This document shows positions 26,024 through 38,822 of a stretch of 64,000 nt of DNA, piece by piece (the first letter of the stretch is position 1; every line of letters starts with the position of its first letter). The position numbers and the translations under genes are program-made. Origin of the DNA: the human T2T-CHM13v2.0 reference genome, Homo sapiens. The notes beneath the pieces are model-generated. The model had not been told where the DNA came from. It did no database searches and was given only the letters and a program-made list of their open reading frames with translations. The DNA is taken from the NCBI RefSeq assembly GCF_009914755.1, contig NC_060941.1. One strand, written 5' to 3'.

Positions 26024-27945
26024 TTTTATTTTTGAGTAACTTTAGGCTTACAGAAAAAAATTAGAGAAAAGTATAGAGTTCCCATACACCCCTCCTACCT
26101 CAGTTTCTCTTATTATTAACATTTTGAATTAGCCTGGTGCATTTGTTACAATTATTAAGCCAATATTGATACATTATTAGCCAAAATCTATGATTTACAT
26201 TAGGGTTAACTCTCTATGTTATGCATATTATGGCTTTTGACAAATGAATACTGAAATGTACATATCATTACAGCATCATACAAAACAGTTTCACTGCCCT
26301 AAAAATCCACCTGTATTCCACCTATTCATCCCTCCCTCTCCACAAATCCCTAGAAACCTCTGATCTTTTTTCCATCTGTAATAGTTTTGCCTTTTCCAGG
26401 ATGTCATATAGTTGGAATGATACAGTAGGCACCCTTTACAGATAGGCTTCTTTCTCTTGGCAATAGGTAGTTAAGGCTCCTTGACGTCTTTTTTGGTTTG
26501 ATAGTTCATTTATTTTTATTGTTGAATAATATTATATGATATAACAGAGTTTGTTCATCCATTCACCTATTGAAGGACATCTTGATTACTTCCTAGTTTT
26601 GGCAATTATAAATAAAGCTGCTATGAACATTTATGTGCAGGTATTTCTGTGGTTGTAAGTTTTCAACTCATTTGGGTAAATACGAAAGAATGTGATTGGT
26701 GGATTCTATGATAGGAGTATATTTAATTTTGTCAGATGCTGACAAACTGTCTTTTTTAAGTGAGTGTGCCTTTGTCCAATCTCACTAGCAATGAGTGACA
26801 GTCCCTGTTGCTCCACATCCTTAACATCAGTTGGTATTTTCAGTATTTCACATTTTCTCCATTTTAATAGATGTCTAATAGTATCTCATTGTTATTTTAA
26901 CTTGCAATTCCCTCGCGATATTTAATGTTATGTCTTTTCATGTTTATTTCTCACTTGTATATCTTATTTGGTGAGGTATCCAGACCTTCTGCCCAGGTTT
27001 TAAATTGAATTGCTTGTTTATTTTAAGAGTTCTTTCATATTTTAGATACTAATCTTTTATCAGACAGATTTTGCAAATAGTTTTTCCAATATGTGACTTT
27101 TAAAAATTCTCTTCACGGTATTTTCACAGAACAGAACTTTTTAATTTTAATGAAGTCCAATATCGTTTTTTCATAATTTTGCTTCAATGTGGTATGTATG
27201 TAAGAAGTTACTGCCAAATACAAGTCACCGAGATTTTGTCCTATGTTGCATTTTAGATATTTTATAGTTTCTATAGTTTGACATTATATATAGGTCTATA
27301 ATCCATTTTGAGTTAATTTTTTGAGAAGCAAAGGTCTTTGCCTAGATTCTTGTCTTTTTAAAATTTCTCTTCTTTTATTTTATTTTATTTTATTTTCTTG
27401 TCTGTTTCCCTCTCTCTCTCTCTCTTTTTTTTTTTTTTTTTTTTTTTTTGTACATGGACGTTCAGTTGTGCCAGCACCGTTTGTGGAAAGAATATTCTTT
27501 CTCAGACGAATTGCCTTTGTGCCTTTGTTAAAGATCTGTTCATTGCATTTGCATGAGTCTGTTTCTTGACTCTCTACTGTGTTCCTTTGATCTGTTTGAC
27601 TTATCTTTTTGCCAATACCATAGGACCTTGTTTCCTACAGTGTTTGGTCAGGTAGTGTCAGTCAGCAGAACTTGTTCATCTCAGATATTGTGTTGACAAT
27701 TCTGTGTGGTTTTTGTTGTTATTGTTGTTGTTCGTTCATTTGTTTTACCTTCCGTATAAATTGTAGCTCACTTTGTCAAGATCCACAAAATAACTTAATA
27801 ACTTTCTGGGATTTTGATTGGGATTGTATTGAAGCTGTAGATCAAGTATGAAAGAACTGGCATCTTAATAATTGTCAGTCCCCCTGCCATGAACATTGAA
27901 TTTTTCTTCATTTATTTAGATCTTTTATTTCTTTCATCAGGCTTC
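26024..27945 (-). mobile_element. L1MC (L1MC1-like): 3' UTR plus ORF2 3' part
   Basis: GTATAGAGTTCCCATACACCC, CAGTTTCACTGCCCTAAAAATC, CCATTCACCTATTGAAGGACATCTTG, GGGATTTTGATTGGGATTGTATTGAA. Confidence 0.85.
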
Positions 27946-28469
27946 TTCTAATTTTAATAAACTGTTTTGGTTGTTCTCAGCAGATTCACTGGTCTATCAC
28001 AAATTTTTTCATCACAGCTGGAAACTGATTTTTTTTCCCCAGATGATACTTAAGGTCTCTAAAGCTTGAGATCCACTGTAAGGCAGAAATAGATTTTGAT
28101 TTAATATAAAGAAACACATTTCAAACATGAAAATGAGTTTAAATCAAGGGTAGAACATGAAATCAAAATCTCTGGAGTTGCAGGGCATTGGCTCAAATTA
28201 TTGATCTAATATTTGTAATAAGTCTTGATTAGATTTATTTGATGCTTATGAGCATCTTTTTTTCAATGTGTGCTCTGCAGATATAAGCATTATCAATTCA
28301 ATATTGCTTGATGAGCATTAAATGACCTAGCATATGCAAATTGCTAATGAATAACAAATAGTACTTAATGTATTATTTTGTTATATTTTATATTTTGTTA
28401 TTGGTTATAGAAAAAGATATGTAAGTATAAATAAGCAAATAGGAAGGTTTTTTCAGGTTTAAAAAAAAA

Positions 28470-29351
28470 TTATTTTAATTCCAGAGGTCCAAGTGCAGGT
28501 TTGTTACATAGGTAAGCTTGTGTTATTAGGGTTTGTTGTACAGATGATTTCATCATCCAGGTATTAAGCCTGGTACCCATTAGTTATTTTTCCTGATCCT
28601 CTCCCTTCTCTAACCCTCCACCCTCTGACACACCCCATTGTGTGTTATTCCCCTCTATGTGTCCATATGTTCTCATCATTTAGCTCCTATTTATAAGTCA
28701 GAACATGTGATACTTGGTTTTCATTTCCTGTCTTAGTTTGCTAAGGATAATGGCCTCCAACTCCATCCATGTTCCTGCAAAGGACAGGACCCCATTCTTC
28801 TTTAGGGCTGCAAAATATTCTAGGGTGTATATGTACCACATTTTATTCATCCAGTCTATCATTGATGGGCATTTTGGTTGATTCTATGTCTTTGCTATTG
28901 TGAACAGTGCTACATTGAACATATGTGTGTATATGTCTTTATAATATAAGGATTTCTATTCCTTCAGGTATACACCCAGTAATGAGATTGCTGGGTCACA
29001 TGGTATTTGTCTTTAGGTCTTTGAGGAACCTTCAAACTGTTTGAACTAACTTACGCTCCCACCAACAGTGTATAAGCCTTCCCTTTTCTCCACAGCCTGG
29101 CCAGCACCAGTTATTTTTTGACTTTTTGATAATAGCCTTTCTGGTGTGAGATGGTATGTCCTTGTGGCTTTAATTTGCATTTCTCTAACGGTCAGTGATG
29201 TTGAATTTTTTTCATATGATTATTGGCCACATGTATGTTGTCTTTTGAAAAGTGTCTGTTCATGTCCTTTGCCTACTTTTTAATGAGGTTGGTTTTTTTC
29301 CTTGTAAATTTGTTTAAGTTCCTTACAGATGCTGGATATTAGACTTTTGTC
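28470..29351 (-). mobile_element. L1PA (L1PA13-15-like) 3' end, 5'-truncated
   Basis: GTGCAGGTTTGTTACATAGGTAA, CCAGGTATTAAGCCT, GCTAAGGATAATGGCCTCCA, ATACACCCAGTAATGAGATTGCTGGGTC. Confidence 0.9.
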
Positions 29352-29394
29352 TAATAATTAGGCCTTCTTTGTATTGAATATCATATGAATAGCA

Positions 29395-29605
29395 ATTGGT
29401 CAGTCTTCTGATCTTTATTTTAACATTAATGATGGTCAGTTGTGTCCAAACCACAAAAGTGAGGGAGCACAATGAAGCCTGTTCAACCTCCCATCAAACC
29501 ATGGCCAGAAACTCAGTTTTTAAGGTTTCTCTGGGGTTCCCTTGGCCAATAGGTATTTGCCTGTTCAGTCAATTGGGGGTTTTAGGATTTTATTTTTAAT
29601 TCTCA
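29395..29605 (-). mobile_element. MER4-group ERV1 LTR, 5' portion
   Basis: Reverse complement begins TGAGAATTAAAAATAAAATCCTAAAACCCCCAATTGACTGAAC...TTGGCCAAGGGAACCCCAGAGAAACCTTAAAAACTGAG. Confidence 0.65.
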
Positions 29606-30463
29606 GTCTTTTACAAATTTCTACTGATTTTGATCCAAATACTGCCAAAATTTAGAATTGTAATTTTAAAAAAATCTAATGTCATTTGATTAATGAAGTA
29701 GTTATTCAAAGGAACAGGCCCAAACATTTCAAAAATCAATGTAATTATATGGTGAAAAGAGAAAGCACATGTTCATATCTGTCATGCTTAGGATTTCATT
29801 TGTTTGTTTTATTCAATATCATTTTCAGTGCCAGAAAGTATAGTTTATTTATTCTAATTCTGTGTGACTATGTAAATTCAAATATACATTTGTGCATTTT
29901 AATAAGCAATGGTTATATTTCTAGTTTAACTAGTAGATTGTCTCAGCTTATTTGAACATGATTAATGAATTATGTGTGCACAAAAACCTATTCAATGTAT
30001 GTATATACTAATGTAAAAATAATGTTTTTAGCATGATTCTATGCTATGTCAAAATTTCCATTTATATTGTCACTATAAAAACAAAGATTTAAGATTTTGT
30101 GTTTAAAGCTGAAATTTTTAACAGAATTTACAAGAGCATTCATAGTAATGTCTCATGTTCCAGCTTCAATAAAGTAAACTTAAAAAAATTAATTTGGGGC
30201 AAAATATTGAAGGATAAAACAATTGAACCATTATCAGAATTAAATAATATTCTATTTGAAGCTTTTCTGTAATTGATACAACTGGCATAATTTATCTGTT
30301 TAAGAAAGAAGAAAAAAATAACTTACAACAGTTATTTGATCCAAATGTAAAGTCATACTTCAGAGTATTACACATCAACACATTTTAGTAACTACAAAGA
30401 TTAAAATATTGTTTTCTGAAACAGTCCTCTTTAGGTAACTAAGAATGTTTGGAGATATATGCC

Positions 30464-30827
30464 CATATTAGTCCATTTTCATACTTCTGGGAAGAAATAC
30501 TCAAGAGTGGGTAATTTATAAAGAAAAAGAGCTTTAATAGACTCAGAGTTCCACATGGCTGGGGAGGCCTCACCATCATGGCAGAAGGCCAAGGAAAAGC
30601 AAAAGCATGTCTTACATGGTAGCAGGCAAGCAAGCATTTGCGTAGGAACTGCCCGTTATGAAACCATCAGATCTCATGAGACTTGTTCACTATCATGAGA
30701 ATAGCATAGGCAAAACCCACTCCCATGATTCAATTGCCTCCCACTGTGTCCCTCCCACAACACGTGGGGAATATGGGAGTTACAATAGAAGGTGAGAGTT
30801 GGGTGGGAATGCAGCCAAACCATATCA
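30464..30827 (-). mobile_element. Solo THE1 (THE1B/C) MaLR LTR with 5-bp TSD
   Basis: GGGTAATTTATAAAGAAAA, CATGGCTGGGGAGGCCTCA, AAACCATCAGATCTCATGAGACT, end CCAAACCATATCA; TSD ATGCC at 30459-30463 and 30828-30832. Confidence 0.93.
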
Positions 30828-31606
30828 ATGCCACTTTGTCTTTGGCAGACTTACTTCCTCTCCTTCTCTTGTTCTGTGACTGGTGTCTCCATTAGCTCCA
30901 TGGAAGATGATAAATATAAACAAATATTTTGTGCATAGTATAACTATATCATTACTTACTTCATTGAAATAAAATCCAGTACTTACTTTTTAACTATAAA
31001 ATAAACTTTCATTATCTAGCTGATTCTTCAGGGTTTATTACAAAAGGAAAAATTTTTATAAAACCAAAATATGAATTTAAGGGTTGTATAATTATATTGT
31101 ATAGTTATAGATTTACGTAAGACTTGCCAAACCCACCACAGCAGGAAAGTTAACTACTCATTATGTGTCTTATAACTGGCCCACTCTGTCTCTCTTTCCT
31201 GGCATATATTATTCATGTTTCCCACTAACTCTTGAATAATGGCCTGGTGATTTCATTCATTGCACACCATCAATGGCATAAGCCGTGGGACAATTGAATA
31301 GTAAACAAGCATCTGACAGAAACAGCAGCATTAAATACCCCTTCTACTACCACCCATTATGGGAACGAACTAGGTATCCCTAACTATGTTTTTCTGAGCT
31401 TATTTTGCTCTATCAGTAGATGTCTTGCATACTTCTCCAAACATGAAGGTGTGAGTAGGGTAAATGTTATTTTGATTTAACCATGTTAAGGTAAAAAGTA
31501 TTTTCATTGCGTATGTATTTATCAATTGCTTCTGAATTTACTTAAATTCAATGATTAATAAAAAGTAAAAAAGAAATCAAGAGCAAATGTTAAAACAGAT
31601 GAAATT

Positions 31607-31945
31607 CTCACTCCCAATGAGAACACATGGACACAGGGAGGGGAATATCACACACCTCGGCCTGTCGGTGGTGGGGGTTTAGGGGAAGGATAGCATCAGG
31701 AGAAATACCTAATGGAGATGACGAGTTGATGGGTCCAGCAAACCACCATGGCACTTGTACACTTATGTAACAAACCTGCACATTCTGCACATGTATCCCA
31801 GAACTTAAAGTATAATAAAAAATAAATTAATTAATTTTTAGAAAAAGAATGACTTAGGGTTAGAAAAAGATTTAAACTGGGAGGTTGGGTTGGAGGGAGG
31901 GCTTAGGGAAAGCCTCATTAAGGAGTTAACAAACAAACAAACAAA
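31607..31945 (+). mobile_element. Severely 5'-truncated L1PA (L1PA6/7-like) with probable 3' transduction
   Basis: L1 3' UTR from AATGAGAACACATGGACACAGG to CCCAGAACTTAAAGTATAATAAAAA (about 31826), then about 100 bp of non-L1 DNA and a second A-rich tail; 15-bp TSD AAAACAGATGAAATT at 31592-31606 and 31946-31960. Confidence 0.9.
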
Positions 31946-32342
31946 AAAACAGATGAAATTTATGAGAACACAAACCACAAGGGACACAGAGTCACCCACC
32001 ACTACATCATCATATTCTTATTTAAGAAGTAGCTCACATTAGTCCCTGTGAATCATAAATGACTTTTTCTTCTACTTCATGTGATTGTTTTCCAGTCTCG
32101 GTGCTAACAATTCTTGGGCACAGGTCTTCTGCTTTTTGTATTGGCATCAATTATCTTGCAGCAGCTCTGCTCTCAGTCGTATCCAGGCTGACACTGCTGT
32201 AAGCAGTATTCTGTAGTGGCCAGGGTTAAATCAGGCATATGTACCTTCCTCCCAAATATGTTAAACTTTATTGTTAGACTGCACGCTGGGCAGATGATCT
32301 CAGTTTAGTAGTGTTTTATTTTTGCACATTTACTCAGCCATT

Positions 32343-32402
32343 TTATGTTATGTTATGTTATGTTATGTTATGTTATGTTATGTTATGTTATGTTATGTTA
32401 TG
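32343..32402. repeat. (TTATG)12 pentanucleotide repeat in an Alu tail
   Basis: 12 perfect TTATG units. Confidence 0.95.
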
Positions 32403-32522
32403 TTATTTTTTTGAGACCAAGTCTCGTTTGTCATCCAGGCTGGAGTGCAGTGGCACGATCTCGGCTCACTGCAGCCTCCAGCTCCCGGGTTCAAGCAATT
32501 CTCCTGCCTGAGCTACCCTGAG
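32403..32522 (-). mobile_element. Alu right-arm fragment
   Basis: CCAGGCTGGAGTGCAGTGGCACGATCTCGGCTCACTGCAGCCTCC...TTCAAGCAATTCTCCTGCCT. Confidence 0.9.
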
Positions 32523-34362
32523 ACAAATTCCTGGTGACATAAATCAGATGATAATTTAAATGACTCCACTTCCCTATTTTAATCCTGAATCCCTACGAAT
32601 TTGCTTTGGAATAGATGTCTTCTTTTATATAAATATGTCTGGGGATTAAGAGCTGGCCGATATTTTCTGACTTCTCAATCACCCAACACATCTTATCCTG
32701 GACCCTCCCACAAAAGAAGTTGATGATTTATGAAAATTAAATCTTAAGGAGAAGACAAACATACTTTAACATGATTGATTTACACAGGTTATAAGGCTTA
32801 GATTCTTGACATGGAAGTATTTGCACATAAACCATGGCAGTTCAATATAAAAATGTAATTCGTGTTTCTGTTTCAATGAGAAAATAAGGAGTGAGTCAAA
32901 TAAAGTTGCAACAGTATTGAGATACATTTTGATACATGAATCTAAGTTACTTAAGCAAATAAAGTCCACCCTAAGAAGTGTGGTTTGCGGTAGTAGGAGG
33001 ACACAGTTTGTTAAATAGGGGAGTAGAATATGTACTTAGAGCTAGAGAGTAATAACTCCTATAGCAGTTTTGTAAATGAGTGGAAAAAGGAATAAGTCAG
33101 GCAGAAGTAATCTCACTAGGAAGTGATTAAAACATTCTAAAAGATAGGCCTACGTTATAAATATAGATTTCCAGGTGTCTGAAGATTCTCATTCAGGGGA
33201 CTGACTATGTGTGTTTTTAACAAGTGGAATGCTAATTTGTTTACTCCTCCTGCTTTTAGGAAGTTAGTCAGATAGTCAGAAAACTACATAAGCATCCCAG
33301 AAGTATTGTAAATGAGAGGACCAAGATCTCCATCACAGCTATGGACTAAAAAAATGAGTCAGGACCTAGTGTCAGGGAAGGATAGCAAGATAATTTGGGG
33401 GTAGAAAGAAATGGTACCTCTAGGCTGACTCTTTGGACAAATCAGGTAATCAAGGAGGTCTTGGTTCTGAGTCAATAAATAACAAAAGTTGCAGTGACAT
33501 TCTTTAGGGAAAAGTCCCAAGAAAGTAAACAACAAGAGATAATATTTTTTGACCTGGGACACCCTAAGCTAGTATCGCAGAAATGTGAGGAATTTATTGT
33601 CTCTTGCATTGTAAAGAACCAATATGATAAGAAGAGGCCCAAGGGCAAGACAGTACAAAATAAACTAATCTTTGGGGGGGAAGAAAGAAATACCTAGAGA
33701 AATGTTTGGCTTATTGTAAGAAAGGTGAAGGCAACACTCATGGAGAAGAGGCTGTTATGATAAAAAATGAGACAGGGGTGTGCACCGTTTGATTGTAATA
33801 TTTAACAGACATATGACCTTGTTTTACCACAGAAGGCAAATTAATGTTGATAATGCAGCAATAATGATAATATCAATAAGAGTTTAAGTATATAAAGCGA
33901 TTAATGTGTGCCAGAAACACTTCTAAGTGTTTAGTAAGCATTGTCTGATTCCATTTTTGTTGACAATTTTGTGAATAAATACTCTATTATCTTAATTTTA
34001 CTATGAAATATATTGATGGCAAGACAATCTACCTACATTAATCAAATTTTTGGTTAGGTGATTAGAGGTAGGTAATTCAGTTAATAAAAAAAAGACAAAA
34101 CAAAAAATAAAATGAATGTAACACTTTTAAAAGACTAAACGAGAGCAAAAAAGGGAGCTAAATAGGAAGAGTTCGAGTTATGCTTATTTTTTAAATTTTT
34201 TTATTAAGTACATCTAACTCATAGTATAACCCATTATGCTATACCACTGTCTCCTGTTGCCAGTGATCTGTGTTTTATCTTCAAACCTAGTCAAAAATAT
34301 AAAGCAATGATTAGGTCAGTTGAGACGATGAGTTCTCCATGGGAAATCAAAGCAATCTTTAA

Positions 34363-34701
<339 letters not shown>

Positions 34702-34799
34702 AAATGAATGTATCTTAATTCCTAAACATACAGGGCTTCAGCAGTGTTTTTCTGTTTGTTTAGAAGCTTAATTCCACTATTAGCAGAGAACTACATTGT

Positions 34800-35980
<1,181 letters not shown>

Positions 35981-37363
35981 GAGCAACCTTCAATTCAAAA
36001 CAACTTTTTATTGAAGATAATGGTTATCTTACAGTAAAGTGGAGCATTATGATCCTGTAATAAAGTATTGATATACACAAGCCAGAGGGCCTAATAGTGA
36101 GAAGAGGGACCTTGTTATTTTCTTTATCAATCAGAGTATTCAAACACATGCATAAGCTGGATTTATCTGGGGCGAACTATGTGTCGGATACTTTACTGGC
36201 CTTTGAAGTTTCAATAGAGAGCAAGAGAAACATATTTGCTTCCTTCCAGGACACTAAATTCTGATAGGGAAAGAGACACAAGTTAAGTAGATGCATATAT
36301 AACCTAGTTCAAATGTTTTATGAATTTTATGAAAAAAATAAGCAAAGGGATGTGATGAGCAGAATTATGGGCAGTGTGGATGGAACTAATTTAGGGTTAT
36401 CTCAGAAAGCATCTCCGATTAGACCTGTATACCTCGGGACAAAATACAGTTAACTGTGCAAATAGGCCAAGTGTGGTCCATGCAAGAGGAGAGCAGTTGC
36501 TCTTTTTTCCATTCATATGCTGGATGAAGATAATCATGTCAAACTTGGATGTCACATGGGGAAGATGGAGGAATTCAGCACTGAAGACCTCAAATAAACA
36601 GTTAAAGGAGAGTTCCATTTCAAGTCAGTAACACATATTTTGGATTTTACCAGAGAAATAAATAAAATGTGCTTATATTTGAGCTATTATATATTTTCAA
36701 GTTCACTCATTAAAGCTGTTTGCAACACCTTAGCTAAAATTAATACAGAAGAATCTTAATTTTATTTAAAGTATAGTTCAAATCTATTGCAAACTTCAAG
36801 CAATAGCATGATACGATTATATTTATGATGCATTATTACTCTGAACAAAAAGTGGAAAATGGATAAAGGCAGAAGCGAGATGAAAACAGAAGAATGGTTA
36901 CAAGGTTGAAATAGTGGTCCTGGCTAGAAATGATGATGTTTCAGACTAGAGATGAGGCAACAAATACAGAGAAGAGTGATACATTTTTTATTACCAGTAG
37001 TAGTACTTGCTATTAAAATTTGTTTTCCTTAAATAGATGTGCTTCTAAGGCTACTGTAACTGTGTAGGTTAAGATTAGCAATTGTTTTTGTGTAATAGAT
37101 ATTTCCCTCTTTAACATATACTGAAAAAAAGAAGCATATTAATTTAACTGTTAATGTGGTTATTTCACACTACTAATGGGAGAGATGATGGTTTCACATG
37201 CACATGTACAATTTGAGACCATGAAAAAACATGTACAATATATGATTTTGTGCACACGCTATCTCAGATGTGTGTTTTGTTAGCAGATATAGTCATTTGC
37301 TGATTATTAAAACATTAATAGCATACAAACAAAAACATAAAGGCTCAGCATTTTAACTAGAAC

Positions 37364-38070
37364 TTGGTATTGTTGGGTTTTAAATTTTATTTTAATTTTA
37401 GCCATTCTAACAGATGTATAGTATATCTCATTGTGGTTTTAAGTTGTGCTTCTCTAATGACTAAAGAAGTTGAGAATTTCTTTATGAGCTTATTTCCCAT
37501 CTGTATATCTTCTTTGGTGAATTGCCTGTTCAAATTATTTACCTATCTTTTAATTGAATTGTTTCTTTTCTTGATACTGAGTTCTGAATCTTCTGGTTAC
37601 AAGGCCTTTGTCAGTTATGTGATTTGCAAATAGACAATTCTCTCTGTATCCATGGGTGATTGGTTCCAGAACTCTCTGCAGATACCAAAATCTGCAAATG
37701 CGCAAGTCGCCTATATAAAATGGTATAGTATTTGCCTATAACTTATGTATACTTTGTTGTATACTTTAAATCATCTCTAGATTACATAAAATACCTAAAA
37801 CACTGTTAATGCTATGTAAATATTTGCTATACTGTATTGTTTAGGGAAAACTTACAAGAAAAAAATGACTGTACATTTTCAGTACAGGTGCAACCATCCT
37901 TTGTTTCTCCCAATATTTTTATTAAGAAATTTGCTGAATCCACATATGAGGAACCCATGGATATGAAAGGCTGGCTGTATTTTTCTCTCAGTATAACTAG
38001 TTTGTCTCTTCATCCTTGTAGCAGTGTATTTCAAAGAGCATATATTTGTAATATGGATGAAAATTAAACT
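37364..38070 (-). mobile_element. Old L1M ORF2 3' fragment, split by MER2
   Basis: TTTTAGCCATTCTAACAGATGTATAGTATATCTCATTGTGGTTTT; the L1 motif TTTGCAAATA|TTTTCTC is interrupted by MER2. Confidence 0.8.
37635..37977 (+). mobile_element. MER2 DNA transposon
   Basis: GTATCCATGGGTGATTGGTTCCAGAAC, TATATAAAATGGTATAGTATTTGC, TTTAAATCATCTCTAGATTAC, end GAACCCATGGATATGAAAGGCTGGCTG followed by TA. Confidence 0.9.
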
Positions 38071-38071
38071 T

Positions 38072-38822
38072 GTGAATGCTATTTAAAACCAAAATGATAT
38101 ACTGGTACACAATTAGTAGAATAGAAAATAAACAGAATCAGAAAACTTACAATACCAACCGTTAGCAATGGTATAGACCAACAGGAATTTTCATACATTG
38201 CTTGTGGGAATGCAAAATGGTGTAGACACTCTGGAAAACAGTTAAGTGGTCTCTTAGGAAGATAAAACCCACGGATATAGCCCAGAGATCCTACTCTGTG
38301 GCATTATCTTAGAGAGATAAAAATTTTCTATGCACACACCTACTCATACGTACATACACACAAAAAACCTGGCCATGAATATTTACAACAGTTTTATTTG
38401 TAATTGCTGAAAACAAGAAACTCTCCAAATATGCTCACAGGAAAATGCATAAAGAGTCGTAAGAGCAATAAAACAGAACAAACTATTGATACATACAATA
38501 ACATTGATTGATTACTTTCAAAAACATTATGCTAAATTAAAGAGGCCAATCTCAGAAAGTTGCATATTGTATGATTCCATTTATATGACTTTTTAGAAAA
38601 GATAAAGCTGAGAACAGATCAATGATTGTCAGGAATTATGAACGGTGGAAAGTTTGACTATAAAAGACAGAATGAGGGAATTTTCAGGAGTTTACATCAA
38701 ACTATTCTGTATTCTGACTGTGATAGTGGTTACATGAATCTATACATGTGTTGAAACTCACTGAACTCTACATAGAAAAATCAATTTTACTGTATGTAAA
38801 TATAAAAATGATAATGAAAAAG
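38072..38822 (+). mobile_element. L1ME-type 3' end
   Basis: TCATACATTGCTTGTGGGAATGCAAAATGG, TGTATGATTCCATTTATATGAC, GTGGTTACATGAATCTATACATG, TCAATTTTACTGTATGTAAA. Confidence 0.8.

Noticed and set aside
31854-31863. Interstitial telomeric repeat
   Set aside because: Only TTAGGGTTAG, under two units.
36517-36597. Peptide MLDEDNHVKLG.. resembling kinase subdomain VII
   Set aside because: Only 26 codons, with no DFG, no HRD upstream, and no supporting splice sites or retrocopy hallmarks; probably chance.
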